Shown: in pieces, positions 53,071 to 63,248 of the stretch
How the letters are laid out: each line of letters begins with the position of its first letter
How positions within the stretch are numbered: the first letter of the stretch is position 1
From: Sulfolobales archaeon
GTDB lineage: Archaea > Thermoproteota > Thermoprotei_A > Sulfolobales > NBVN01
Direction: 5' to 3'
DNA: 64,000 nucleotides
NCBI GenBank assembly: GCA_038841535.1
Contig: JAWBTQ010000001.1
Span: 96,001 to 160,000 of the forward strand
The notes under the pieces: generated by a model
The model's database searches: none
Told to the model about the DNA's origin: nothing
Seen by the model: the letters and a program-made list of their open reading frames with translations, nothing else
Translations under genes and position numbers: made by a program

Positions 53071-53829
53071 ATGGAACCAGTAATAAGGCTTAGCAGTGTT
53101 GCGGTTAAGTACAGAAACAACAGCCGAGGATTCCTTACAGCTATAGCTGACGTAAACTTGAGTGTGATGCCTAAAGAATTTGTTGGAGTAGTTGGGAAGA
53201 GCGGTTGCGGTAAGACTACTTTACTGAAGGTTATAGCTGGGTTGATAAAACCAGATGAAGGTGAGGTACTTCTAAATGGTTGCGCCTTTAACGGGTATAG
53301 AAAGAGAATAGGCGTGATGTTTCAGTCACCACTCCTTCTCCCGTGGCGCACTGTCCTCAAGAACATCCTTCTACCCATAGAGATATTAGGTGAAAACCCC
53401 GAAGACTACGTAGAGAGAGCGCTCATGCTGATTCAAAGAACCGGGCTCAAAGGATTTGAAAACAGCTACCCGTGGGAGCTCTCGGGGGGAATGCAGCAGA
53501 GAGTAGCTCTCTGCCGAGCCCTCATACATAAACCTCTACTGCTACTGCTTGACGAGCCATTTAGCTCACTTGACGCTATAACTAGAGAAGACATGTGGAT
53601 TCTTTTGGAATCGGTCTTTCTCTACGAGAAATATACGACAGTTCTCGTTACGCACGACATCAGAGAGGCTGTTTTACTGTCTGATAGAGTTATTGTGATG
53701 ACAGGTAAGCCTGGCAAGATAAGGGCAGAAGTGAAGATTCCGTTCAGTAGACCTAGAAGTCTCGATCTTCAATACACTAAAGAGTTTAACGAGTACGTAG
53801 CCAAGATTAAGAGCATGTTGGGTGAGTGA
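53071..53829 (+). CDS. ABC transporter ATP-binding protein (TauB/SsuB-like)
   Basis: GKSGCGKT, LLPWRTV, LSGGMQQR, LLDEPF, VTHD. Confidence 0.95.
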   Translation: MEPVIRLSSVAVKYRNNSRGFLTAIADVNLSVMPKEFVGVVGKSGCGKTTLLKVIAGLIKPDEGEVLLNGCAFNGYRKRIGVMFQSPLLLPWRTVLKNILLPIEILGENPEDYVERALMLIQRTGLKGFENSYPWELSGGMQQRVALCRALIHKPLLLLLDEPFSSLDAITREDMWILLESVFLYEKYTTVLVTHDIREAVLLSDRVIVMTGKPGKIRAEVKIPFSRPRSLDLQYTKEFNEYVAKIKSMLGE

Positions 53830-54598
53830 CGTGAACTCTATGTTGCGTGTGAGGGGTGCTGCCTTGGGTATTACAGTAATACTGACTATCCTAGTAGTCT
53901 GGGAAGTCCTCACTCAAATCCTGGAAGTACCTAAATACGTTTTACCGCCTCCTTCATCGATAGTTGGGACTACGTTGCAGTACCTTAGCTACCTGTCTGC
54001 GAACTTACTAGACACTCTATTTCACGCTTTAGTTGGGCTCTCAATAGCCGCATCTTTTTCGCTCATACTGAGTCTTCCGCTAGCCTATAGCGAGACACTT
54101 AGGGATGCTGTTAATCCTTTGATAGCTGGATTTAATGCTATTCCAAGGGCGGCACTAGTGCCCTTACTGGCTCTATGGTTTGGTCTTGGTGGGCTACCAA
54201 AGATACTTACAGCTTTTCTTATAGCGTTTTATCCTATTTTAGTGCCTACACTCACCGCTATGGTCACTATAGAGAAGGAACTTTGGGAGATGCTAGCTTC
54301 GTTTGGAGCTACTAAAGGGCAGGTTTTAGTCAAAGTCGCTATTCCTAGGTCAATGCCGTACTTTCTTAGCTCTTTACACATGGGGTTAACGAGCGCCTTA
54401 GTTGGTACAGTGATAGCTGAGATGATAGCGTCCGATAGAGGTCTAGGATACGTTATTTTGTCATCTACTTCTAGACTTGATACTTCACTGGCGTTTTCCT
54501 GCTTGATGCTACTCGCCTTAACGACCTTTATTTTATCTAAAACTATGAACGTCGTCGAGAAGAGGGTTGTAAAGTGGGCATACAGAGCAAGCACTTAG
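53822..54598 (+). CDS. ABC transporter permease (TauC/SsuC-like)
   Basis: LPPPS, IPRAALVPL, GA...KVAIP, AEMIASDRGLG. Confidence 0.92.
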   Translation: MSDVNSMLRVRGAALGITVILTILVVWEVLTQILEVPKYVLPPPSSIVGTTLQYLSYLSANLLDTLFHALVGLSIAASFSLILSLPLAYSETLRDAVNPLIAGFNAIPRAALVPLLALWFGLGGLPKILTAFLIAFYPILVPTLTAMVTIEKELWEMLASFGATKGQVLVKVAIPRSMPYFLSSLHMGLTSALVGTVIAEMIASDRGLGYVILSSTSRLDTSLAFSCLMLLALTTFILSKTMNVVEKRVVKWAYRAST

Positions 54599-54972
54599 TA
54601 CTTGATTTAGAGAAGTGTACTGGCTGCAGAATTTGTGAACTAGCCTGCAGCTTCTACAAGCACGGGAGGTTCAACCCGAAGATGTCTGCTATTAGAGTAC
54701 ACTACAACTACGAACTCTACCGTGCCGAGGGGTTTAATGCGTGTACTCAATGTGGCTACTGCGTGAGTTACTGTCCTACTGGTGCTATAGGTGTAGTAAA
54801 CGGAGTTGTGATAATCAACTATAGTGTCTGTAGCGGTTGTCTAGCCTGCGTCAAAGCTTGTCCGATAGGTGCTTTAATCTCCGTAAATGGCAGGCCATTT
54901 AAGTGTGATCTCTGCTTAGGTAGCCCTCAGTGCGTTAAGTACTGCGCTAGAGGGGCTCTACATGTATCTTAA
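54574..54972 (+). CDS. 4Fe-4S multicluster electron-transfer protein
   Basis: CTGCRICELAC, CTQCGYCVSYCP, CSGCLACVKACP, KCDLC...CVKYC. Confidence 0.9.
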   Translation: MGIQSKHLVLDLEKCTGCRICELACSFYKHGRFNPKMSAIRVHYNYELYRAEGFNACTQCGYCVSYCPTGAIGVVNGVVIINYSVCSGCLACVKACPIGALISVNGRPFKCDLCLGSPQCVKYCARGALHVS

Positions 54973-56920
54973 AGGGTACGCTGGCAGAATACTCTACATA
55001 GATCTGAGTAAGCGTAAGTACGTATCCGAGCCTCTAAGAGAGGATACAGCAAAAGGTTATCTAGGTGGTAGTGGTTTAGCAGCCTACTTACTGTGGAATT
55101 TGGTAAACGAGAACACGCACCCACTATCTCCGGAAAACGCATTAGTAATAGCTACCGGTCCAGCAACAGGGGCTCTCGCACCTTCGTCAGGGAGGTTTAT
55201 GGTGGCATCGAAATCACCTCTAACAGGGGTTTGGGGTGAGAGCCACGCGGGAGGTAGCTTCGGGCCTCAGATAAAGTACGCTGGGTATGACGCAATAGTA
55301 ATTATGGGGAAGTCCACTAGACCTGTTTCAATAATAATAGACGACGACTCGGTGGTCTTCTACGACTCGTCAGGTATTTGGGGCGCGAACACGCGTGATT
55401 CAACTAACCACATTAGAGACGTGTTTGGAAAAGACTTCCACGTTATGACTATTGGGCAAGCTGGTGAGAATCTAGTGAAGTTCTCCTCGATCATGGTTGA
55501 CTACTACAGAGCTTTGGGTAGAACTGGTATGGGGGCTGTCATGGGGTCGAAGTACTTGAAGGCTGTAGCCGTAAGAGGTTCTAAACCTGTGGAGGTCCAT
55601 GATCCCGACAAATACGTGGAGATCATGGAGGAGTTCTTGAGAATAAATACTGAGGGTAGGTGGGCTCTTCCAGCACAGCTAAGCTTGGGCAAGTACGGTA
55701 CGCCATCCCTAGTAACCGTTATAAACGCTATAGGGAGGCTTCCAACAAAAAACCACTGGACTGGGTATTGGGAGCATGCTGATAGAATAGGTGGTGATGA
55801 ACTCCTCAAGTATAGGGTTTCGAGAGGTTCCTGCTTTTCGTGCATGATTATGTGTAAACATATGACTAGTGTAGATGATGGAGTATACGAAGGGTCTATA
55901 TCTGGGGGACCAGAATACGAAACCGTGGTAGCTCTCGGATCAAATCTGTTGATAGACGACATTAAGGCAATAATACACATGAACATGCTCTGCAATCTAT
56001 ACGGACTTGATACTATTTCTGCTGGAAAGGTGATTTCGTTCGTCTTTGAGATTTATGAGAAAGGCCTGATTTCCGATAGCGACCTAGGGGGCATCAAGCC
56101 CCTCTGGGGAAGTCAGAACGCGGCAATAGAGCTAATAAAGGTGATAACCTTTAGGCAGGGGATCGGGAATCTCTTAGCTGAAGGTGTAGTTAAAGCTGCT
56201 AAGGCTATGGGTAAAGGTGCTGAATACTATGCTCTTCATGTAAAGGGACTGGAGGTCTCAGCTCAGGATCCGAGAGCACAGAAGTCTGTTGGGTGTACGT
56301 GGGCTGTATCCGTGCGTGGTGCTGACCACCTAAGGTCTCTCACTACTGTAGACGAGTTAGGGTATCGAGACATAGCTGCCGAAAGGTTTGGTTTAGATAA
56401 AGTTGAGGAAGTGTGCGATAGGCTTACAGAAAAGCATAAAGGTCTCATAGTAAAGGACCAAGAAGACCTATTCGCAGTTGTTGATTCAGTTATTATGTGT
56501 AAATACGGCACCATGTGGCCACCTATGTACTACTTCGACTTCATAGCGAGACTCCTGAAACCTTTGACAGGAGTTAAGGAATTCGGCGAAGTTAAATACT
56601 TGAGAATCCTCGGGGAGCGGATAGCTAACCTCAAGAGGTGCTTTAACCTGAGAGAAGGTGTTAGCAAGGAGTCTGAAGTCCTTCCGGCGAGGTTTACGCA
56701 GGAGCCGATGCCTACAGGACCTTCAAAGGGTTACACATGCGACTTAGAGCCCATGCTGAGGGAATACTACCAAAACAGGGGATGGGATTACGAGAGCGGT
56801 TTACCGTACGAAGAAACTCTTGAGGGCTTAGGGCTAGAATATGTTGCTAAGGAGCTAAGTAAGAGATTGAAACTGCCTAGGCGAGACTATGGTGTTACTC
56901 AGGTTACACGGCGTCCTTAA
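54962..56920 (+). CDS. Tungsten-type aldehyde:ferredoxin oxidoreductase family protein
   Basis: KSPLTG, GRTGMGAVMGSK, CFSCMIMC, GPEYET, GLDTIS, HVKGLE, RGADH. Confidence 0.92.
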   Translation: MYLKGYAGRILYIDLSKRKYVSEPLREDTAKGYLGGSGLAAYLLWNLVNENTHPLSPENALVIATGPATGALAPSSGRFMVASKSPLTGVWGESHAGGSFGPQIKYAGYDAIVIMGKSTRPVSIIIDDDSVVFYDSSGIWGANTRDSTNHIRDVFGKDFHVMTIGQAGENLVKFSSIMVDYYRALGRTGMGAVMGSKYLKAVAVRGSKPVEVHDPDKYVEIMEEFLRINTEGRWALPAQLSLGKYGTPSLVTVINAIGRLPTKNHWTGYWEHADRIGGDELLKYRVSRGSCFSCMIMCKHMTSVDDGVYEGSISGGPEYETVVALGSNLLIDDIKAIIHMNMLCNLYGLDTISAGKVISFVFEIYEKGLISDSDLGGIKPLWGSQNAAIELIKVITFRQGIGNLLAEGVVKAAKAMGKGAEYYALHVKGLEVSAQDPRAQKSVGCTWAVSVRGADHLRSLTTVDELGYRDIAAERFGLDKVEEVCDRLTEKHKGLIVKDQEDLFAVVDSVIMCKYGTMWPPMYYFDFIARLLKPLTGVKEFGEVKYLRILGERIANLKRCFNLREGVSKESEVLPARFTQEPMPTGPSKGYTCDLEPMLREYYQNRGWDYESGLPYEETLEGLGLEYVAKELSKRLKLPRRDYGVTQVTRRP

Positions 56921-57131
56921 AGAAGAGTCTGGAGTAAGTCTGATCGCCGTTAGAGGGAATAATCTAGAGGAGGTCCTATCAAGCCTACCAGAGGAAATAA
57001 AGAAGCCCATAGAGAAATACAGGAAGTACATCATTATACTAGTTAACGGAAGGAGAGTTTACGGATGCCGAGAAACTTCCTTAAGCGAGGAAGACGTAGT
57101 AGACTTAACTCTAGTCGTTGGAGGTGGGTGA
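56889..57131 (+). CDS. MoaD/ThiS ubiquitin-like sulfur carrier
   Basis: ILVNGR and C-terminal GG. Confidence 0.85.
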   Translation: MVLLRLHGVLKEESGVSLIAVRGNNLEEVLSSLPEEIKKPIEKYRKYIIILVNGRRVYGCRETSLSEEDVVDLTLVVGGG

Positions 57132-57483
57132 GTACTAACTAGAGAACTATTCTTAGGTCATTCCCCCACTTAGTAAAACCTTAAACTCAAGTTAGTAGAT
57201 TCAGTGCCTTGGAACAAAATAAAGGAGGACTCAAAGTGCATCGAGGATAGTAGTGCCCGAGCCTCCCTATAGCGCCACAGGACCCAGCTTCTCTGATAAG
57301 CAACCACCATTTCAGCAAGAAGGTCTAACATTGAAGAAAATGCAGCGTACTCCCCCATAACTTGAAGTACCGCTCTATCTGTAGCCTAACGCAACTGTTT
57401 CGAGTTTCATATCTTTTCATATTGATTGATGTAGATTGAAACTTTTGTGAATGTCTCTAGCGCTCCATATGCTGAAGCGGTCT

Positions 57484-57650
57484 CGATGAGGGATCGAGAG
57501 CCCTGTAGATCGACTCTCCCCGAGTCACTCAAGATGTGGGGCGACCGAGGTCGCCCGAACATCCCCAACCCCGATGAATCCCCGAGCGGGATACGGGAGA
57601 ACAAAGACGAGACAATGAAACCAACCAATACAAACTAGCACAGGAGCTGA
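57484..57650 (+). mobile_element. TnpB-tail / omegaRNA-like remnant, type B
   Basis: AGATGTGGGG start, perfect palindrome GGGCGACC-GA-GGTCGCCC (57539-57556), translation LKMWGDRGRPNIPNPDESPSGIRENKDETMKPTNTN*, A/C-rich tail. Confidence 0.6.
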
Positions 57651-57769
57651 AACCCTATATAGTAACTTTAGAAGCTATACCGCAGGAGATCGGAAGATAT
57701 AGGTTTGAAGTCTACGAACTACTGACTGCAGGGAATGGTATGCTTAGAACAGTACTGGAATCTCTATCA

Positions 57770-58495
57770 TTACTTCTGGCTGCTTTCGATAGCCTTTGGT
57801 GAGTACCTTACGTACTTTAAGCCGTGGTCTCCTAAGTACTTAAGTGTAATACTGCTGATGTCTGGTGCTACGAGAACGCCGTATACATCCAGCCCCAACC
57901 GCTTATAGTACTCAACGTAGCGCTGCAGTTGCTGCGCTGCTTCTATATCCGCTCTCGCTCTCTTGATTTCGACGACTACCAACCTGCCGGAGGAATCTCT
58001 TAGCATGATATCGACTCTTCCATATGGAGTGCTAACCTCGCGAGCTATGAGAGTGGAACCGCCTATTATTTGCGATGGATTCCTTGCTAGTTCTTCGATT
58101 ATGTCTTCCTCCTTCCCGTATAGGGTTAGCCCCTCATCACCTAGCTCAGTAACTATCACTAGAGAGCTCCCCATAACTCTTATGACCAGCTCCTCTTTAG
58201 GGCTGACCCGAACCGCCCTTAGCTCCACTTCAGACTCGTTTACCTGTTTAGTTATTAGTGACGACCTCGGTTGCCAATTCAGTGGGTTGCTACCTACCGA
58301 CCCGTGAACTAACACTGTCCCATCCTGCTTTATGATTATGAGTCTCGTAGATTCCCTAGCGATGCTAGACGCTCTTCCGCTATAGCTTACTGAGCACCTT
58401 GAAACCATAACAATAGTTGCTCTTCTAAACCATCTATTTACGAGCTCAACAAGTTCTGCTGGCTTTACTATCCCACTCGATATGATCTCCTTCAA
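57770..58495 (-). CDS. nucS: Endonuclease NucS / EndoMS
   Basis: CSVSYSGRASS, IIKQDGTVLVH, PLNWQP, GRVD, VEIKR, QLQRY. Confidence 0.92.
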   Translation of the reverse strand: MKEIISSGIVKPAELVELVNRWFRRATIVMVSRCSVSYSGRASSIARESTRLIIIKQDGTVLVHGSVGSNPLNWQPRSSLITKQVNESEVELRAVRVSPKEELVIRVMGSSLVIVTELGDEGLTLYGKEEDIIEELARNPSQIIGGSTLIAREVSTPYGRVDIMLRDSSGRLVVVEIKRARADIEAAQQLQRYVEYYKRLGLDVYGVLVAPDISSITLKYLGDHGLKYVRYSPKAIESSQK

Positions 58496-58524
58496 GTATG
58501 ATCCCAGCTAGAAGTATGCTGAGT

Positions 58525-59505
58525 CTAGCTGCTGTGACTAAGCACCTTACTGACTATGCTACTCGCAACTCTAGCTAGAGATTCTTTTCCTATCGTAATC
58601 GACGAGGCTTCCGCGTGTCCCCCATAGACACCTTTCAAGGAGCTTGCTATAGCTTGAGAAAGCACTAGAGCATCTCTATGGGCTGATCTAACTGTAATAA
58701 CTATCTTCTCTTGTTCCTCCCTAACTAATACAACACTCTTTCTGTAAGCCTTAGACAGCTCTGTAGCCGCTACACCTATTAGTCCTGCGAAAGCTCTCGA
58801 CAGCGGTAAGCTAAGGAAGGCTACTTTAGCCTTTCCCGCATCTAAGGAATCTTCGGAAATTATCTTTAGTAGGTTTCCAAGTAAGAACTTGGCCCTCCTA
58901 GCTCTCATCTTCACTAGAGAGTCTTGAGACAGGTTCTTGGACTTCATCATCAAGTCAATGAGGTGCCTCATGAAGTTGAGATCACCCGGGTTTAGCGCTA
59001 TCGACATTCTGATAGAGTCCACTAAATCAAGTACTGACCCATCGATATCGGGGTGGGGTGTCTTACCTTCACAGATATCTGCTACCTCAACTAGCATGTC
59101 TTCGTAAGGATTGAGTGGAGATCCCATCAATTGCGTGAGTAATCGAGGAGTAGAACTAACCTTTGAGTATACAACCTTAATTTTAGTCTCTATTTTTGGT
59201 ATCATAGACTCCGACGTCGCGTGGTGATCGATGAACACAACTTTTTTATATTTAGAGCTAACAGCCCCGAGCACCTCGATTAGCTTATCGCTAAGAGCTA
59301 TGTCGATAATCACCAACTCACTCCCGCCAGTCGCAACTCTCTTAATGTCAGTATGAGCTCTCCACGGGTGCGTAACGGCGAGGTTTAAACCACTAGGATA
59401 CAGGTCCCGAAAATACCTCTTTATGTATAAATAAGCAGCTATAATCCCATCGCAGTCCCCGTGAAACACCACTGAGACGCTCAGCACACACCACCTCCTA
59501 CCCAA
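58525..59505 (-). CDS. DHH family phosphoesterase
   Basis: HGDCDG, DIA, IDHH and C-terminal GGH motifs. Confidence 0.88.
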   Translation of the reverse strand: MGRRWCVLSVSVVFHGDCDGIIAAYLYIKRYFRDLYPSGLNLAVTHPWRAHTDIKRVATGGSELVIIDIALSDKLIEVLGAVSSKYKKVVFIDHHATSESMIPKIETKIKVVYSKVSSTPRLLTQLMGSPLNPYEDMLVEVADICEGKTPHPDIDGSVLDLVDSIRMSIALNPGDLNFMRHLIDLMMKSKNLSQDSLVKMRARRAKFLLGNLLKIISEDSLDAGKAKVAFLSLPLSRAFAGLIGVAATELSKAYRKSVVLVREEQEKIVITVRSAHRDALVLSQAIASSLKGVYGGHAEASSITIGKESLARVASSIVSKVLSHSS

Positions 59506-59683
59506 ATAAAAACCTAGCTATCGGTAAAATCCTTTACTCGAATACCTTACTAAATCTTCTCCAAGAAGAGGGGAAGACTTTCAGCTATAGATAGCGAGGA
59601 GTACGCTTCCGCATGTAGTAGCTATATACGGCAGGAAATAGTGTCTGAATTAACTACTCTAACTATCGTGAGCTTATACCAGG

Positions 59684-60436
59684 TTACTGAGATGGTGAGA
59701 AGTCCCCTTTTTTGTGAGCTTTGCTACATATTGCGTAAGAAGTTTTGAGAAACTTATATAAAACTCTGCACTCAGCTTTAGTAAGTAGGGCTTTGTTTAC
59801 GATATGCTTAAGAGCTGAGACCTCATTTTGATCTAATCCATAAGCTAATCCGAGCTTCTCTACGTACTTAATAACTATTCCCATGTAGTCTCCCACACAT
59901 CTCTCACCTACGACTAACTCCCCAACTTCCCTCCCGGCCAGTTCATAGAGATAGATTGCTACAGCGTGAGATAGATTCAGTACGTTGTAATCAGATGTAG
60001 TCACTAATGTAGAGACTAGAGAGCATAGGGCAAGCTCGGACCTCGTTAGTCCCACACTCTCGCGCCCAAAAACTAAGGCTATCTTAGAGCCACGTGGAAG
60101 AAGTAGAGGTATCGCACGGGGGGCTACAGCCTGCCTTAGAGGGTCCTCAGAAGCACCAGCTATAGACGTTGTGCACACCGAGAATTCCACACCATCGAGA
60201 CACTTAATGAAGGTATCGACTACTCTAACTTTCTCTAGCAGAACCGCGCCACCAGCAGCAAAATCGATTACTTCTTTGTCTCCTATGTCGAACTTAGGGT
60301 TTACAACACAAATGTCATCTATACCGAAGTTCCTGGATAACCTCAGAATTTGGCCGAAATTCATCCTTCCTTCAGGTTCAACTAAAACTAGCCTAATTCT
60401 CAGAGACAAAGCTACACCTACCCAGTCACTTTTCAC
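59684..60436 (-). CDS. trmJ: SPOUT tRNA methyltransferase, TrmJ-like
   Basis: LVEPE..NFG...R..NFG, ALVFGRESVGL, YNVLNLSHAV. Confidence 0.85.
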   Translation of the reverse strand: MKSDWVGVALSLRIRLVLVEPEGRMNFGQILRLSRNFGIDDICVVNPKFDIGDKEVIDFAAGGAVLLEKVRVVDTFIKCLDGVEFSVCTTSIAGASEDPLRQAVAPRAIPLLLPRGSKIALVFGRESVGLTRSELALCSLVSTLVTTSDYNVLNLSHAVAIYLYELAGREVGELVVGERCVGDYMGIVIKYVEKLGLAYGLDQNEVSALKHIVNKALLTKAECRVLYKFLKTSYAICSKAHKKGDFSPSQ

Positions 60437-61085
60437 TGTAGAGCTTACTTAAGTAATCTAGGTATACGGCCGCAGATACACCCTTAGGTGGGTGCACGAA
60501 CAAGTAGTATCTTTCAGCACCTCTCAATTCACTTATCACTCTCTCTGTTAGTGCCTTCAAGGGGTCAAACCCCTTGACCCTATTCTTGATGTCATTAAAG
60601 TCTTTAAACTCTCCACGAGCTCTCTCGTCGAGCACGACCCACAAAGTTTTCTTTCCTATTCCAGGTACCAGCTCTAACGTGTGGAACTTTATAGTTAGTG
60701 GTGGTGCTATATTGAAGAACTTTGTGAACTCTCTTTCCATCTCTAGAATAAGTCTCTGAACCGCCAAGGGCAGATTGGACTTAGCTATAGCGGTTAAGTC
60801 GTCGTAGGCTACGGGCTCACCCCATACGTAAGCAACTTTATCTCTAAGCTCTCTCCTCGAGAAGCCTATGTAGACCCGCTCCTCAATAGCAACGTTAGCT
60901 CCAGGTTTGGGATGAAATTCGACTAATGTGAAGTATCTGCATCCAAGTGCTTGAGCTATTGGGCGGTCTCGATGAGAGGGGTGATGTAAGTCTGCTGGGT
61001 TACCCCTAGGCAAGAAGTCGAGAACTAGTGCGTACTCCTCTCTACTTACAAGTCTTAGCCAGTAATCTCTCTCTTTAGAACTCAT
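60426..61085 (-). CDS. DUF655 putative RNA-binding protein
   Basis: EEYALVLDFLP.G, FFN.APP...H.LELVPGIGKK helix-hairpin-helix; downstream of rpo4. Confidence 0.9.
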   Translation of the reverse strand: MSSKERDYWLRLVSREEYALVLDFLPRGNPADLHHPSHRDRPIAQALGCRYFTLVEFHPKPGANVAIEERVYIGFSRRELRDKVAYVWGEPVAYDDLTAIAKSNLPLAVQRLILEMEREFTKFFNIAPPLTIKFHTLELVPGIGKKTLWVVLDERARGEFKDFNDIKNRVKGFDPLKALTERVISELRGAERYYLFVHPPKGVSAAVYLDYLSKLYSEK

Positions 61086-61107
61086 GCTATCACTTATTCA
61101 CTAACAG

Positions 61108-61440
61108 CTAGGAATCCCTATAGCAGTACTTAGATACTAAGTCCACGATCTTCGAGATCACTTCATTATCGATGTTCGAGGACTCGAAGTTTAGTAGTAT
61201 CTTAACCTCGTCCTGGTTTTTCGGTGTTACATCCACTATCATGGAAGCTGTTAAGTCGTTAAGACCTAACCTAATAAGCTCCTCGTAGAGCTCCCCAGGA
61301 CTACTGCACTTACTCAAGACCTCGGCCAGCTCCATAGTTCTCTTAGCTAACCCCTTCACTATCAGCCCTTTTCTCTCGCACTCCACAAGCTTCTTGAGCG
61401 CTATAGCTAGAGGTATGCTCTTAACCTCTAGTATCCTCAT
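61108..61440 (-). CDS. rpo4: RNA polymerase subunit F (Rpo4)
   Basis: IVDV.PK..DEVK.LL motif; rpl21e-rpo4-DUF655 synteny. Confidence 0.8.
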   Translation of the reverse strand: MRILEVKSIPLAIALKKLVECERKGLIVKGLAKRTMELAEVLSKCSSPGELYEELIRLGLNDLTASMIVDVTPKNQDEVKILLNFESSNIDNEVISKIVDLVSKYCYRDS

Positions 61441-61451
61441 GACGTTTTTCC

Positions 61452-61757
61452 CTAGCTACCTCCTTGAGCAGGTATTAAGTGCTCTGGAACTGTTATAATT
61501 ACCTTCTTCTTACTGCCTACTAGGAGCTCCACTAAGTATGCCCTACCCCTCTTGCCAACTACAATTCCAGTCTTACCTATGTACCTTCTGTGAGGGAGAG
61601 CCTCGTGAATAGCTGGATTTGGTGCTATGTGGACTCTATCTCCCGCTCTATACTCCTGCATGACTAAGCTGAGCCTTGGTATGGCTCCCCTCTCTCTCAC
61701 GTTCTTTCTAAGAAGCTTTCGGGTCCTGTGCCTCAAGCCTTGAGATGCCTTTACCAC
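61452..61757 (-). CDS. rpl21e: 50S ribosomal protein L21e
   Basis: GLRHRTRKLL, PHRRYIGKTG, PEHL. Confidence 0.96.
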   Translation of the reverse strand: MVKASQGLRHRTRKLLRKNVRERGAIPRLSLVMQEYRAGDRVHIAPNPAIHEALPHRRYIGKTGIVVGKRGRAYLVELLVGSKKKVIITVPEHLIPAQGGS

Positions 61758-61812
61758 TTCAGTACCACCTAACCAAGCATTGCTGCGTTAAACTTAAATA
61801 TCCTTTCTTTCC

Positions 61813-62295
61813 CTACCTACGCCTGCGCCCCCTACCTCCTGCTGTCATAATGTTAAGTAAGTTGTCCTCAGAGAGAACTCTCTGCTTTACTTCTTCAACG
61901 ACCTTTGTAAGCTCATCTAACACCTGCTTCTGACTATCAGTAAGTTTATCCAGTAGTTCCTTACCTAGTGAGGTAAGTCTCAGCTTTCTACCCTCAGTAA
62001 CCTCGAGAAGACCTAAGTAAAGGAGAATTCTAACGTCTTCAAGTAGCTCTCTACTATTGACTGCTGTGCCAATTACTTGAAATGGGTAACCCAGGTCTTT
62101 ATCCTTCTCAGTTTTTAGAACGTAGAGACAACTTATCAAACCCCGCTCACTGATTTCCCCCAAACTCCTGACGACACCAAGCACACTAACCTTCCTGCTA
62201 TCCTTCATAGCATCATCTACTGTAACAACCGGTCTAGCCACTATCTTTAACTCCTTCGACACCGTCTTTTCAGCCTTTTGAGACACCCTAAACAC
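61813..62295 (-). CDS. Hypothetical winged-helix-like protein
   Basis: DLGYPF...SRELLEDV..L.YLGLLE..LTSLGKE; basic tail. Confidence 0.7.
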   Translation of the reverse strand: MFRVSQKAEKTVSKELKIVARPVVTVDDAMKDSRKVSVLGVVRSLGEISERGLISCLYVLKTEKDKDLGYPFQVIGTAVNSRELLEDVRILLYLGLLEVTEGRKLRLTSLGKELLDKLTDSQKQVLDELTKVVEEVKQRVLSEDNLLNIMTAGGRGRRRR

Positions 62296-62564
62296 CTAGA
62301 GTTATGGTTGTCGAAAAATATTAAGCTTTATAGCATTTCCCGTCTCGATCATCTAGACTTCCACGACCGGTTGTACCTCTCCTACATCCCGCAGTAGCTA
62401 CTAGCTGGCTTGGTTACGGTATCTAGTCGAACTTCACGCAGAATTAATAGTGGCAGCTAGCTGAGTGAACTAGTACATGAGCAACGGTAGAGAATGCACA
62501 AATATTCGAAAACATCATTGGTGGGGGAAAAACACGAGAAACTCTGTGAATAGGTGACGAGAGA

Positions 62565-63248
62565 GTGGTAGAGGCTCTCGTAATGTTCATGGACTTAGAC
62601 GGCACTCTAGCCGTAAGCCCTATATCGAGCGTCATTAAAGAGGCCTATAACTATCTTGCTCTCCACTCAGGTATTAGTGTAAGCGAGATCGAGTCCTACT
62701 CTTGGAGGACGCACATAGAGCTTATAAAGAGATCTGACCCACTAGCTTTCGACTGGGACTACATCTACAGAGAAGTCTCAAAATTTTTTGGTGTAAGCCC
62801 GGGCTACAGCGTCGAGAAAAGGCTCCAGGAATTGTGCTACCTCTCGAAGCTACTGGATAACGCACACGAGGTTTTGGCAGGGCTTGCTCGATCTGTGGAT
62901 ACCCTCATCTTAGCTACTAACGGTCTGATTAAGTACCAAAGATGTGTTATCGAGACTCTAGGACTGGACAAGTACTTTGGATCCATATTCACACCGGACA
63001 CTAGGGGGTGCCTAAAGAACTGTGAGAGGTTCTACGCTGTTTCTACAGAGCACGGCCGCAGGATTGTGGTAGGAGATAACTACACCTTCGATGTCTACTA
63101 CCCCAAGAGGTTCGGCTTGAAAGCGGTGTACGTATTGAGGTCAGGGTCTGATCCGTACCTTAAATGGCTTGGAATTGAGAGAGTGTACGAACCGGACGCT
63201 ATCATAAATAACCTGAAGCACGTACCATTAACTCTTTTAAAGCTGTAA
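62565..63248 (+). CDS. HAD superfamily hydrolase
   Basis: DLDGTL, ATNG, K, VGDNYTFD. Confidence 0.9.
   Translation: MVEALVMFMDLDGTLAVSPISSVIKEAYNYLALHSGISVSEIESYSWRTHIELIKRSDPLAFDWDYIYREVSKFFGVSPGYSVEKRLQELCYLSKLLDNAHEVLAGLARSVDTLILATNGLIKYQRCVIETLGLDKYFGSIFTPDTRGCLKNCERFYAVSTEHGRRIVVGDNYTFDVYYPKRFGLKAVYVLRSGSDPYLKWLGIERVYEPDAIINNLKHVPLTLLKL

Noticed and set aside
57170-57400. Possible membrane-protein pseudogene fragment
   Set aside because: Only a vague resemblance in one broken frame; too weak to call.
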